Below are positions 28,850 through 38,998 of a DNA stretch of 64,000 nucleotides, one piece after another (positions within the stretch are counted from its first letter, which is position 1; every line of letters starts with the position of its first letter). A model generated the notes under the pieces. It worked only from the letters and a program-made list of their open reading frames with translations. It was not told the DNA's origin and ran no database searches. The stretch is from the NCBI GenBank assembly GCA_965249555.1, contig OZ252243.1:1600001-1664000 (forward strand). Reading direction: 5' to 3'. The stretch comes from Nitrosopumilus sp. GTDB lineage: Archaea > Thermoproteota > Nitrososphaeria > Nitrososphaerales > Nitrosopumilaceae. A program made the position numbers and the translations under genes.

Positions 28850-30170
28850 TGGACTAAAGGATAGTTTGGGTGCTGCAATCAAGAAGATTGTAAAGTCTTC
28901 AGGCATAGATGAGGAACTAATCGAAGAACTCTATAAAGACGTTCAAATGGCATTACTGCAATCAGACGTTAATGTCCGATTAGTTCTTGAAATTACAGAA
29001 CAACTAAAAGAGCGAGCAATAAATGAGACTCCTCCTCCTGGCCTTTCACGAAAAGATCATATTATAAAGATACTTTATGACGAGCTTTCAAAATTACTAG
29101 GAAATGAGTCTGATTTTGAGTTTAAATCTGGTAAACAAAACAAAATAATTTTACTTGGAATCCAAGGCAGTGGTAAAACTACCGTTACTGCAAAACTTGC
29201 CAAATTTCTAACTAGACAGGGATACACAGTTGGGGTTGTAGGTGCTGATACCTATAGGCCTGGGGCACTAGTTCAACTCAAAACGATGTGTGAAAAATCA
29301 AGTGTTGAAGTATATGGTGAAGAAAACAACAAAGATTCTCCTAACATTGTAAAAAATGGATTAAAACATTTTGCAGGACAACCATTAGATGTAGTTCTAA
29401 TTGATACAGCAGGACGACACAAAGAAGAGAAAGACTTGCTTGATGAAATGTCTAGAATTAACAAAGTTGCAGAACCTGATTTAGCATTACTTGTAATTGA
29501 TGGAACCATTGGAGAACAATGTTACAGTCAGGCAGAAGCATTTCACAAAGCTATCCCTGTTGGTGGTGTGGTCATTACAAAATTAGATAGCTCTGCAAAA
29601 GGTGGTGGTGCACTTGCAGCATCTGCAGCTACTGGTGCACAAATAATGTACATTGGTACTGGTGAACGAATTGATGATTTAGAAAAATTTTCTCCTACAC
29701 GATTTGTTGGACGCTTACTTGGAATGGGTGATGTCCAAGCAATACTAGATCTGGCAAAACGGTTAGAAGATGAAGGTGATGATGTAAGAATGAAAAGAAT
29801 CTCTAGTGGAAAAATGAATATGGAGGATTTCTTATTTCAGTTAGAAGAAGTAACTAAAGTAGGCTCGTTGAAAGGAATTCTTGAGAGTATGCCTGGTATG
29901 TCGGGAATGGTAAAAGAAGATCAACTAGATCAGATGGAAGGTAGAGTAGAAAAATGGCGATACATCATTCAAAGTATGACCAAAGCTGAAAAAGCCAATC
30001 CATTGGATTTGCTAAACCCATCAAGAATAAAACGAATAGCTCGTGGTTCTGGATGGCCAGAAGGTGAAGTTAAAGAACTTATCAAAAATTACAAAAACTC
30101 GAAAAATATGATGAAGGCATCCAAAGGACGCCAAATGCAAGGCACACTTAGAAAAATGGGATTAGGGTAG
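28842..30170 (+). CDS. srp54: Signal recognition particle protein SRP54
   Basis: GIQGSGKTT, DTAGRH, TKLD and M-domain RIKRIARGSG. Confidence 0.97.
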   Translation: MLDGLKDSLGAAIKKIVKSSGIDEELIEELYKDVQMALLQSDVNVRLVLEITEQLKERAINETPPPGLSRKDHIIKILYDELSKLLGNESDFEFKSGKQNKIILLGIQGSGKTTVTAKLAKFLTRQGYTVGVVGADTYRPGALVQLKTMCEKSSVEVYGEENNKDSPNIVKNGLKHFAGQPLDVVLIDTAGRHKEEKDLLDEMSRINKVAEPDLALLVIDGTIGEQCYSQAEAFHKAIPVGGVVITKLDSSAKGGGALAASAATGAQIMYIGTGERIDDLEKFSPTRFVGRLLGMGDVQAILDLAKRLEDEGDDVRMKRISSGKMNMEDFLFQLEEVTKVGSLKGILESMPGMSGMVKEDQLDQMEGRVEKWRYIIQSMTKAEKANPLDLLNPSRIKRIARGSGWPEGEVKELIKNYKNSKNMMKASKGRQMQGTLRKMGLG

Positions 30171-30196
30171 TTTTAATCACAAAACTCTCTTCTGAA

Positions 30197-31342
30197 ATGT
30201 CTAATTATCAAAAAATTATCCCTATTGTAAATCTAATCTTAAAAAAATATCCATTATGTGACAATTGTTTAGGGAGACTATTTTCAAAACAATTACATCT
30301 TTCATCAAACAAACTTCTTGGCAAAAAACTCAAAAAAAACCTAAACTCTACTCAAAAATGCTATATCTGTAGAAATCTGTTTGACAATCTTAATCATTTT
30401 TTGAAAATGATGATAGATGTTTCATCAAATTATTCTTTTTCTTCATTTAGTGTAGGTGCAATAATTAAACCTTCTATTATTGATAGAGATGATTACATTC
30501 GCTCAAAATACAAACTAAAAGGAATTGATGGCATAAAGACTGATGTATCCCGAGAATTAAGAAAATCATTTTCTAGAAAAACAAAAAAGAATATTGATTT
30601 TTTGGATTCAGATGTAACTTTTACAATAAACTTCAAAGATGAATCTTGCCAATTGCGTTCAAAATCAATTTCTCTTTCTGGAAGATATGTCAAGACTTTA
30701 AGAGGAATTTCACAAAAGCAAAAGTCTTGTTCTAATTGTTTTGGAAAAGGATGCAGAACTTGCAATTTTCATGGTATTTCAGAATTTGATAGTGTTGAAG
30801 GAATAATCTCCAAATTCATCTTTGAAAAATTTGGTGGAACCACTGCTAAATTTACATGGATTGGTGGTGAAGACAAATCTAGCCTCGTTTCAGGTACTGG
30901 AAGACCATTTTTTGTTAAAATTCAAAATCCTCTTAAAAGAAAATTAAAATCAACTTCAATAAAATACCCATTTCTTAAAATAACTAAACTCAAAATTGTT
31001 CGTGAATCTCCAAAAAAACCTCTTAAATTCAATTCATTAATTGAGGTGAAAGTTTCTACAGAAGATAAAATTGATTCAAAAAATCTAAAAAAATTAAAAG
31101 ATCTCCAAAAACGTCCTGTGGTAGTTTATGAAAAATCTGGAAAACGTTCTGAGAAAAAAATCTTCTCTGTAAAGTATAAAAAAAATTCTAGCAATACATT
31201 TACCTTATTTATCAAAGCTGAAGGAGGATTACCCATAAAGCGATTTGTAAATAGTGATGATGTCTCACCTGGAATTTCTCAAATTCTTAATATATCGTGT
31301 ATGTGTCAGGAATTTGATTTTCTTGATATTGAAGTACAATGA
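30197..31342 (+). CDS. pus10: tRNA pseudouridine synthase Pus10-like
   Basis: LCDNCLGRLF, GRYVK, GGED...GTGRPF and AEGGLPIKRFV motifs. Confidence 0.85.
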   Translation: MSNYQKIIPIVNLILKKYPLCDNCLGRLFSKQLHLSSNKLLGKKLKKNLNSTQKCYICRNLFDNLNHFLKMMIDVSSNYSFSSFSVGAIIKPSIIDRDDYIRSKYKLKGIDGIKTDVSRELRKSFSRKTKKNIDFLDSDVTFTINFKDESCQLRSKSISLSGRYVKTLRGISQKQKSCSNCFGKGCRTCNFHGISEFDSVEGIISKFIFEKFGGTTAKFTWIGGEDKSSLVSGTGRPFFVKIQNPLKRKLKSTSIKYPFLKITKLKIVRESPKKPLKFNSLIEVKVSTEDKIDSKNLKKLKDLQKRPVVVYEKSGKRSEKKIFSVKYKKNSSNTFTLFIKAEGGLPIKRFVNSDDVSPGISQILNISCMCQEFDFLDIEVQ

Positions 31343-31376
31343 TAACAATTAACTAGCGTTAAAATTGTAAAATAAT

Positions 31377-31475
31377 ATGCCAATAAGAAAAAAAGGTAAA
31401 CACAAAAGACGTGCTGATCAAACAGCTGATAGACGTAGAAAAAAGCATGCAAAATCTGGAAAAGCCAGATCCTGA
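31377..31475 (+). CDS. Putative 32-aa highly basic micro-protein MPIRKKGKHKRRADQTADRRRKKHAKSGKARS
   Basis: Manual translation; fills the gap between two plus-strand genes. Confidence 0.55.
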   Translation: MPIRKKGKHKRRADQTADRRRKKHAKSGKARS

Positions 31476-31517
31476 TTAAATCAACATTTTTACATTCAAA
31501 ATTGTCAAGGAGGATCA

Positions 31518-32225
31518 TTGGATCCATTAGTACGTTTGAAAGATGCACATACAAAAGGAATAATTCCTGATGATGTGTATGATCTTACAGTAGAACGTTT
31601 TCCTATTGTTGTTGCAGGAATAAATAGAATTGAAAAAGCTTCAGGAATTAAATTTCCTGTTGCGTATGTAGAACCTTCTCTTGTAATATCCTCTTCAGAT
31701 CCAAATTCTTATGAGTATGGAATTTTGTTTGCAAGAACAATTCCTGTGATGTTTGAAGAAAAATTTCAAGTTGTAATCCAAATTTCTGCACCTCTAGTTG
31801 CTTATGGGCTTAAAGGAACAATTCATGCGATTCTAGCACACGAATTTTTACATTTTCTGGAATTAATAAGAAAAATTTCAAAGATGGAGTTACTTTCAGA
31901 TGAAATTTCTGGAAATTTATTTGAAAATGTCTACAGTGATGAAACTAGGTTGTTTGAACCTAGAATAGTCTTCAAAGATCGTACCTTGTTATCTCATATC
32001 ACAAAAAAATTTCCTGCTGGTTTTCGTGATTATAAACTTGAAGACAAGGCCATAAAATTTTGGGCTGATAGAAATCTTCCTAAAACCAACATCTCTTTGG
32101 ATACTAACACTGTAAAATTATCTGTAGAATCTCTTTCTAAAATTAAACTGGCTCCTGCGTTTATTTCAAAAATTGAAGCATTACAAGAAAAAAGTTCTAA
32201 AATTCATAAAAAAAAATTGTATTAA
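31518..32225 (+). CDS. Conserved hypothetical protein with an HExxH motif
   Basis: ILAHEFLHFLE. Confidence 0.7.
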   Translation: MDPLVRLKDAHTKGIIPDDVYDLTVERFPIVVAGINRIEKASGIKFPVAYVEPSLVISSSDPNSYEYGILFARTIPVMFEEKFQVVIQISAPLVAYGLKGTIHAILAHEFLHFLELIRKISKMELLSDEISGNLFENVYSDETRLFEPRIVFKDRTLLSHITKKFPAGFRDYKLEDKAIKFWADRNLPKTNISLDTNTVKLSVESLSKIKLAPAFISKIEALQEKSSKIHKKKLY

Positions 32226-32261
32226 ATTCATTAACATCTTTGAAAATGTTGACAAGTTTTT

Positions 32262-33068
32262 CTAGAATTGTTTTCTTATTTCTATTAAAATATTCTCATC
32301 ATGCCATTTGATTTTCTCTAAATCATCAAAGTTTTTCTTGATATTTTGTTGGAATATTTCTAGAGATTCATCAAAGGTTTCTTTGTCGTATAGGGCAAAA
32401 GTGGAATAGTGATTGTTTTGAGCTTGATGGACTAGTCTATCAAGACTAGATGTTCTAGAATGTCCAAATACTCGGGTGGAATGAATATTCATATCTGCAT
32501 TTTTTATATGCTGTTCTAATTCATCTAGTTCGTACAAACGATCTTCTTTCTCTGCAAATAATGGAAAGTGTTCTCCCCAAATACTTCTCGAATTCTGATT
32601 TCTTAGTCTAGTGTATATGAAAATATGTCCATCATTTTTGAGTACTCGTAATGATTCAGACAAAAACTTTGGAACATCAAAGTGGTGTATTGCATTAAAG
32701 GTAACAATGCAATCTATTGAATTATTCTCTAGTGGAAGTCTGTTTGCATCACCCAATCTTACACAAAAGTTTGTAGTATTTTGTTCGACAAGATAACTCT
32801 CTAATGATTCTAACATTTTTTCATTATAATCCACACAGTGAATGTAAAATGAATTATCAAAGCATTTCAAAAACTCTAGGGAATATCTACCATCACCGCA
32901 ACCAATATCTGCCATGTTGATTTTAGATTTTTCTTTTAGATTGTCTTTTATGTGTAGGATTGGTTTTGTATCGAGTGTTCTTACACTTCGATATTTTGAG
33001 GCAATAGTTGAAAAGTGAGTATGCATATCTTGCAAGTTTAATTTAATTTTATTTTGTATTTTTGACAA
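32262..33068 (-). CDS. Class I SAM-dependent methyltransferase
   Basis: DIGCGDG, GDANRLP and LRVLKNDG motifs. Confidence 0.88.
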   Translation of the reverse strand: MSKIQNKIKLNLQDMHTHFSTIASKYRSVRTLDTKPILHIKDNLKEKSKINMADIGCGDGRYSLEFLKCFDNSFYIHCVDYNEKMLESLESYLVEQNTTNFCVRLGDANRLPLENNSIDCIVTFNAIHHFDVPKFLSESLRVLKNDGHIFIYTRLRNQNSRSIWGEHFPLFAEKEDRLYELDELEQHIKNADMNIHSTRVFGHSRTSSLDRLVHQAQNNHYSTFALYDKETFDESLEIFQQNIKKNFDDLEKIKWHDENILIEIRKQF

Positions 33069-33225
33069 GGATATGGATGACTTTTCACCCTATATGAAGC
33101 CACTAGTTTTCAATCAATTTAACATGAAAAGAATCAAAAAACTAGATTCTTGACGATAAAATCAAAATTTGTATGTTATATGATGGAAATAAAGAGATAA
33201 TATACAATGCAGTGTAATGTAGTAT

Positions 33226-33411
33226 GTGGTACTTGTACTGATAGGAATTGCAATAGGAATTCTATTAGTGATAGTTCTAATTATCAAGGCAATTAAAACA
33301 TCTTCTCATGATGTTGTGGGGGTTGATATGCACTGTAGAAAGTGTGGGATTAAGATACACGGGTTGCCATGTGCAAAATGTGAACAAAGAACCAAATCAT
33401 TTGGTGTTTAA
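33226..33411 (+). CDS. Small membrane-anchored Zn-ribbon protein
   Basis: TM helix followed by CRKC...CAKC. Confidence 0.6.
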   Translation: MVLVLIGIAIGILLVIVLIIKAIKTSSHDVVGVDMHCRKCGIKIHGLPCAKCEQRTKSFGV

Positions 33412-33503
33412 TTTTTACTCCAAATTGTAATAGATATTACCAAAAAAAGCTAGTAGTTACTGCTTATTGTTGATTAAAAATTTATTTAATTAATAAAAAC
33501 CCA

Positions 33504-33674
33504 CTATTTGAATTCTGTTAAGCCACATTTTCCACACGTGTTTCTATCTTTGTGTTCTGACATAAACACACCTTTTCCACATCTTGCACAAACTTTTCTA
33601 GTTTTTGTTACTTTGTCACCATCAACTTTGTAATATGAATAAACATTTGGACTAGAACCTTTTCTACCTGCCAT
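33504..33674 (-). CDS. rps27ae: 30S ribosomal protein S27ae (eS31), 56 aa, missed by the ORF track
   Basis: Manual translation: MAGRKGSSPNVYSYYKVDGDKVTKTRKVCARCGKGVFMSEHKDRNTCGKCGLTEFK; follows rps24e. Confidence 0.93.
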   Translation of the reverse strand: MAGRKGSSPNVYSYYKVDGDKVTKTRKVCARCGKGVFMSEHKDRNTCGKCGLTEFK

Positions 33675-34147
33675 TATTTAGATTTCTCCTCTTCTTTAGC
33701 TGGTTTCTCATCTGCTTTAACTTCTGCATCTTTAGCTGGTTTCTCATCTGCTTTAACTTCTGCATCTTTAGCTGGTTTCTCATCTGCTTTAACTTCTGCA
33801 TCTTTAGCTGGTTTCTCATCTGCTGGTGCTTCTTCTGTTGCTTTTTCAGCTTCTGCTAGTTTTGCTTTTGTCTTTTCTAGTCTTGAGAAAATTGTTGGGT
33901 TGACCTGTTTTTTTGCCAACCCTTCATCATCATAAACATAGAAAATTCCCGTAATCACTGGTTTTCCTACATGGTTTTTCAATCCCATTGGAATCACAAC
34001 TTTACCATCCAGTTTGAATTTTTTAGTAACCATCTCTACTGCTTCCATTTTTTTGAGTTTACCTCCCAATCCTGTAAAATTACATGTTAGTTCTCTTCTA
34101 GATAGGAATGTATTGTCTACGTCTGTAATGGTCTCAATAATGGACAT
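33674..34147 (-). CDS. rps24e: 30S ribosomal protein S24e with a repetitive C-terminal extension
   Basis: NTFLSRREL motif; canonical rps24e-rps27ae pairing. Confidence 0.88.
   Translation of the reverse strand: MSIIETITDVDNTFLSRRELTCNFTGLGGKLKKMEAVEMVTKKFKLDGKVVIPMGLKNHVGKPVITGIFYVYDDEGLAKKQVNPTIFSRLEKTKAKLAEAEKATEEAPADEKPAKDAEVKADEKPAKDAEVKADEKPAKDAEVKADEKPAKEEEKSK
33693..33823. repeat. 36-bp tandem repeat x3.6 encoding ADEKPAKDAEVK
   Basis: Exact copies of tctttagctggtttctcatctgctttaacttctgca. Confidence 0.95.
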
Positions 34148-34230
34148 GTACCCAAAATCCTTTGGATATTTCATATAAACCTTGATTGTAATTAGAAAAG
34201 AAATTTAAGAAATTCCTGCAGAGAAATGTC

Positions 34231-34791
34231 ATGGAACGCTATATGCTACATTTTAAAAATAAAGGCTATGGTCCTGAGCATTCCCGTGAGATAATTAACA
34301 AGGCTCGAGATCTTACATCTGATCTGAATGCATCAGTTCGAGTTGCCAGAATTGCTAGCAAATTTGTAGAGTTGGATGTAGGAGTTGAAAAAGAAGATCT
34401 AGACACACTTGTTGGAACACTATCTCCAATTGGGTCTATAGATAATATTCGACATGTCATCGAAGAAGAGATCGATAAAGAGCAAGGTATCAAAGATGGA
34501 ATTTTTTACTTTAACAATGAAAGATTTTGGGAATGCCATGAGGCGTTGGAAGGTGCTTGGAAACAGTGTTTTGGACGAGAAAAAGAACTTCTTCAAGGAA
34601 TAATTCTATTTGCAGTTGCATTTGCTCATGCTCAAGAAGATGAACTCAGTATTGGAATTGGAATGCTACATAGAGTTTTAGAAAAATTAGGCACTTCTCC
34701 TTCTGAATATCACTCTATAGATGTAGATAGAATTAGAAACAAAGCAGTTGAAATGCAACAAGCAAACAACTTGACTATTTTTGAGATTTAA
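34231..34791 (+). CDS. DUF309-domain protein
   Basis: FNNERFWECHEALEGAW...LQGII motif. Confidence 0.85.
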   Translation: MERYMLHFKNKGYGPEHSREIINKARDLTSDLNASVRVARIASKFVELDVGVEKEDLDTLVGTLSPIGSIDNIRHVIEEEIDKEQGIKDGIFYFNNERFWECHEALEGAWKQCFGREKELLQGIILFAVAFAHAQEDELSIGIGMLHRVLEKLGTSPSEYHSIDVDRIRNKAVEMQQANNLTIFEI

Positions 34792-36079
34792 TTAATTCTA
34801 AAGCTTTTGGAACTACTTCTGCACCTTGAAGCAAACCAATACTTCCTTTTTTAGCTTGTTCTTCAGTCATTCTTGTTGTTCCGTCATTTTTAATAAAATC
34901 ACCTGACACTAAAACTGGAACCGGATCATCACTATGTCCCTTGTTAATACATGGCGTTGAATGATCAGCTGAAATGATAATTGCAACTTTACTTGAATCA
35001 ATGTTTTCGACAAGAGTTTTGAAGAATCTCTGATCAATTTCTTCTATGTTTTTTGTTTTTCCAATTGCATCTCCATCATGACCAAATTCATCTGGTCCCT
35101 TGAGATGAACGTATATTGCATTTTGAGTTTCCATAGCATCAGCAGCTACTCTTGCTTTTTCTTCATAATCTGTTAGTCCACCTGCTTCAAATGCTTTCAT
35201 CTTGAGAACTTCTGAAATTCCAAGCTCTACTGGCATATCAACTATGCATGAAAATTTCATAGCATATTTTTCATTAATCGGAATTACATCTGGATATCTG
35301 TTACCTGCATCTCTAAGCAAAATACAACTTAGTTGCTTTTTGTCTTGTTCTTGTCTTTTCTTGTTAACTTTACTTTCTTTCATAATATTGATTGATTGCT
35401 CTGAAAACTCATTTACTAGATTTGCAGTAAATTTAGAATCTTCAGTTCCTTCTAATGGCAAACATTTTTCAATTTTTAGGAAATCCCCAACGGCTTTTGC
35501 TACTCCCATACCGCCAATATTGCTGTATGCTGGATCTGTATTGGTAATTCTTGCAGATAATTTTTGAGAGCCTACTCTGATTCTGACTGTTACTCTGTGT
35601 CCAATTGTTGGAGAAACTACAACTGATGTACCAGGATGTGAAAATCTGATCTTTTCTTCAACTTCTTTTGCTATTCCACATGTGTCTTCTTTTTCAATAT
35701 GCCTTCCTGCTCTCCTATCTATGATTATTCCTTCTTCATTTAATGTAGAATAATTTCCTCTTAATGCTAAATCTCCATTCTTAAAATCAATTCCAATACC
35801 TATAGCTTCAATCACTCCGCGACCAACATACTCTGTATAATTGAATTTGTATCCTAACATATTGAAAACAGCAATGTCTGATTCTGGTGCAATTCCTTTT
35901 CCAACAGAAATTACTTCCCCTATTGTTCCGTTACTGGCAATTTTATCTAAAGTTGGTGTATTTGCAGCCTCTAATGGCGTTTTTCCATCCAAATCTGGAT
36001 GTGGAAGATCTCCGACACCATCTAAAAGAACATAGATCATGTGAATATCTGAATTATCCATAATAACCATGTCTATCAA
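34775..36079 (-). CDS. apgM: 2,3-bisphosphoglycerate-independent phosphoglycerate mutase, archaeal type
   Basis: LDGVGD, TPLEAA, PESD, DEFGHDG, ADHSTP and HSDDPVP motifs. Confidence 0.92.
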   Translation of the reverse strand: MIDMVIMDNSDIHMIYVLLDGVGDLPHPDLDGKTPLEAANTPTLDKIASNGTIGEVISVGKGIAPESDIAVFNMLGYKFNYTEYVGRGVIEAIGIGIDFKNGDLALRGNYSTLNEEGIIIDRRAGRHIEKEDTCGIAKEVEEKIRFSHPGTSVVVSPTIGHRVTVRIRVGSQKLSARITNTDPAYSNIGGMGVAKAVGDFLKIEKCLPLEGTEDSKFTANLVNEFSEQSINIMKESKVNKKRQEQDKKQLSCILLRDAGNRYPDVIPINEKYAMKFSCIVDMPVELGISEVLKMKAFEAGGLTDYEEKARVAADAMETQNAIYVHLKGPDEFGHDGDAIGKTKNIEEIDQRFFKTLVENIDSSKVAIIISADHSTPCINKGHSDDPVPVLVSGDFIKNDGTTRMTEEQAKKGSIGLLQGAEVVPKALELIKSQK

Positions 36080-36296
36080 AGATCTGATACTTTCCTTTAA
36101 AGTTTACATCAAAATATGCGATCACAATAAAATATAAAATAAATTTTTCATAGTTTTTTAATTTTCAAAAGCATTCATTTTTTGATAAAAATGAGATTTC
36201 CCTAATATTGTAAAAATTTTATTGCATTTTTTTTAATTTTGACATTGATTAGATCTTAGTAAACGTTTTAACAGACATTTACTTTCAATAATAATT

Positions 36297-37313
36297 ATGG
36301 GAGATATGCGCAAGGGTTATGTTTCTGAGCGTTTCATGATTATTTCAAAAAAAGATGACAAAGTTGTTGATCCAAAAAAATTTCCTTTCGCTCCTGGAAA
36401 TGAATCCATGACAAACCCTTCTGTTTTGTCTCTTGTTGCAAGAGAAGGAATGTTACAACGTCTTCAAGATAATGAAGATGAATATGTAAAAAATTGGTCA
36501 ATTAGAGTTTTTGAAAGTAATAATCCCATAGTTTCAATTGATACTGAAAATTCTTACAGTGATAGACCTTTCTATAGTGAACCTGCGTATGGTTATCATT
36601 ACATTGTAGTTGCATCACCAAATAAAAAAGACACATTTGCAACAATCGATACTGAACAATGGTCAAACGTTCTTGTTGTTGTTCAAGATAGATTGAGATG
36701 GCTTTATACGCAAAAAGGAGTAACTTATGTTTCAATTTATGGTGACCATGGTGAATTAGCTGGTAATACCAATCCTCATCCTCACCTTCATCTTCTCACA
36801 CTTTCCACAATTCCTCCAATAATTGAAGAGGAAGCAGAAGCCTCTCACAGAATTCTGAATGAAAAAGGTGTCTGTCCTATGTGTCAGGTAGTAAATGAGG
36901 AAATTGCTGGTCCCAGACAAGTTCTTCAAACAGAAGGATTTATTGCATTTTGCCCATGGGCTCCTTCATATCCATACGAATTTTGGATTTCTCCCAAAAA
37001 ACATATCACTAGTTTCTCAAAAATCACTCAAAAAGAAATCAATGATTTATCATTAATTCTTAGATCAACTTTGGGCGGCCTTTCACAAACTGTCAAAAAT
37101 GTTGCATATAATTTGGTATTTCATCTTTCTCCTGAAAAGAAAAACAGTAAACAAATTCACTGGCATATTGAAGTATACCCAATTACCAAACCTTGGTCTG
37201 GATTAGAACGCGGATATGGAATTTTCTTAAATGATATCTCTCCTGAACAAGCTGCAGAAAAACTTGGTGCAGCATGCCGGAAAGAATTAGCCAACATAGT
37301 TGGAATTGTATGA
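36297..37313 (+). CDS. galT: Galactose-1-phosphate uridylyltransferase-like (GalT/HIT) protein
   Basis: PFAPGNE, HPHLHL, CPMC and HWHIEVYP motifs. Confidence 0.8.
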   Translation: MGDMRKGYVSERFMIISKKDDKVVDPKKFPFAPGNESMTNPSVLSLVAREGMLQRLQDNEDEYVKNWSIRVFESNNPIVSIDTENSYSDRPFYSEPAYGYHYIVVASPNKKDTFATIDTEQWSNVLVVVQDRLRWLYTQKGVTYVSIYGDHGELAGNTNPHPHLHLLTLSTIPPIIEEEAEASHRILNEKGVCPMCQVVNEEIAGPRQVLQTEGFIAFCPWAPSYPYEFWISPKKHITSFSKITQKEINDLSLILRSTLGGLSQTVKNVAYNLVFHLSPEKKNSKQIHWHIEVYPITKPWSGLERGYGIFLNDISPEQAAEKLGAACRKELANIVGIV

Positions 37314-37355
37314 TTTTCTGAATGGTTTATTTATCAACTAAAATTTGTTAGAATC

Positions 37356-37796
37356 ATGGCAATGGAGAAATGGCTTGCAATCACTAGTGTTGCTTTGTTT
37401 GCAATGTTTGCAGGAGAAATGATTTCAGTTTACAACTTTATGATTAACATCCCTGAGGATGACGGATTTTTAAGAACATTTGAACCAGATTCTAAACTAA
37501 TTCAATTCATTTCAATTGGTGTTGCCCCAGCTGGAATTTTAGCTGGAGTTGCGTTTATCATGTCAAAGCGATATGGTTCAAAACTAATTGGAGGAATGAT
37601 TGTTGCAGGTGGAGTAATTTTGTTAGTAGGAATGTATGTTTGTTATTCAATGATAAATAGAATTGAAGATGATTATATTACAGATGCCGTAAGATACTTA
37701 CCAATCTTGTTTATGGCGTTGTCCATTCCTGTTATGGGTGTTGGGGCTTATTTATCAAAACAGAAAAAGATTCGTCCTAAAAAAGAATACTTTTAG
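37356..37796 (+). CDS. Hypothetical membrane protein (4 TM)
   Basis: Hydrophobic segments. Confidence 0.7.
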   Translation: MAMEKWLAITSVALFAMFAGEMISVYNFMINIPEDDGFLRTFEPDSKLIQFISIGVAPAGILAGVAFIMSKRYGSKLIGGMIVAGGVILLVGMYVCYSMINRIEDDYITDAVRYLPILFMALSIPVMGVGAYLSKQKKIRPKKEYF

Positions 37797-38230
37797 ATGT
37801 GATCAAATCTTAACTCATTTGCAATATGCTTGAAACCGAGTTTTTCATAAAATAGTCTTACATCATCTGTACAATCTAAAATTGTCTTGTAACAGCCACG
37901 ATTCTTTGCAAACTCGAGAAGATACTTTATGATTTTCTCACCAATTTTTTGTCCTTGAAAGTTTTTGTCTACTACAACATCTTCAATATGCCCCACTAGT
38001 CCTCCTTTGTGAATGAATTTTGGTTCAATTAGAAGTGTTGTGGCTCCAACTATTTTTCCATCTAATTCCGCAACTGCTATTATGTGATCTGGATTTGAAT
38101 TAATTTTTTCAAAAATCTCTTCAGCATTGTTTTTGTCAATATCACTTGCTTGTCTTAATGAATCAAGTGTTGTTAGAAATCCATTCCAAAGATCCTCCTT
38201 TCTTAATTCTCTGATGATTGGCTCACTCAT
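37793..38230 (-). CDS. GNAT acetyltransferase, glucosamine-6-phosphate N-acetyltransferase-like
   Basis: EPKFIH, GHIEDVVV, QGQKIG and GCYKTILDC motifs. Confidence 0.85.
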   Translation of the reverse strand: MSEPIIRELRKEDLWNGFLTTLDSLRQASDIDKNNAEEIFEKINSNPDHIIAVAELDGKIVGATTLLIEPKFIHKGGLVGHIEDVVVDKNFQGQKIGEKIIKYLLEFAKNRGCYKTILDCTDDVRLFYEKLGFKHIANELRFDHI

Positions 38231-38238
38231 TTTTATTT

Positions 38239-38940
38239 TCAGTTCTTTCCTAGTTTTTGAATATAGTCCTGATATGCTTTTTTGTATGATGCTTTGTTAC
38301 CAATATCTGTAAATCCTTTCTTTGTAATGAAACTACTCACTAATTTTTTTCTGTTCATTGCTTTTTTTATAACATCATCCATTCCGTATGGCTTATTTTT
38401 TGGAATGAAACTCATAATTTTAGGTTCCATTACATAGCATCCCATGTTTACGTTAGCTTTGATCTCTGGTTTTTCATTCCAGCTTAAGACTTTCCTAGTT
38501 TTGGAGGTCTCAATTACTCCATAAGGCAAGTTGGTTTTGTATGCATTTAGACTCATTGTAACAAATGCCTTTTTTTTAATATGTTGCTTTATCATATTTC
38601 TAAGACTAAAATCAAAAATTGAATCTCCATATATGCAAACAAAAGTATCATCTATGAAGTCTTCTGCAGTTTTGAGCTGACCGGCAGTAGCTAGTGGTTT
38701 ACTTGAAATTGCATATTCTATGTTAACTCCAAATTGTTTTCCATCTTCAAAATACTCTTCAATAGTTTTTCTGAGATAACTAACACACAAAACAATTGAT
38801 TTGATACCATTTTTTTTTATCCATTCAATTAGATGTTCCAAGATTGGTTTTTCACCTAATGGTAACATTGGTTTTGGAAGAAATGTTGTGTATGGTTGAA
38901 GTCTTGTACCTAATCCTCCAGCAAGAATAACTGCTTTCAC
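38239..38940 (-). CDS. Sugar-phosphate nucleotidyltransferase
   Basis: ILAGGLGTRL...PKPML. Confidence 0.9.
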   Translation of the reverse strand: MKAVILAGGLGTRLQPYTTFLPKPMLPLGEKPILEHLIEWIKKNGIKSIVLCVSYLRKTIEEYFEDGKQFGVNIEYAISSKPLATAGQLKTAEDFIDDTFVCIYGDSIFDFSLRNMIKQHIKKKAFVTMSLNAYKTNLPYGVIETSKTRKVLSWNEKPEIKANVNMGCYVMEPKIMSFIPKNKPYGMDDVIKKAMNRKKLVSSFITKKGFTDIGNKASYKKAYQDYIQKLGKN

Positions 38941-38998
38941 AAATACTATTTGAGTGTTGACTATTTATGTTCAAGGATAAATTTTGACTAAACGTATA

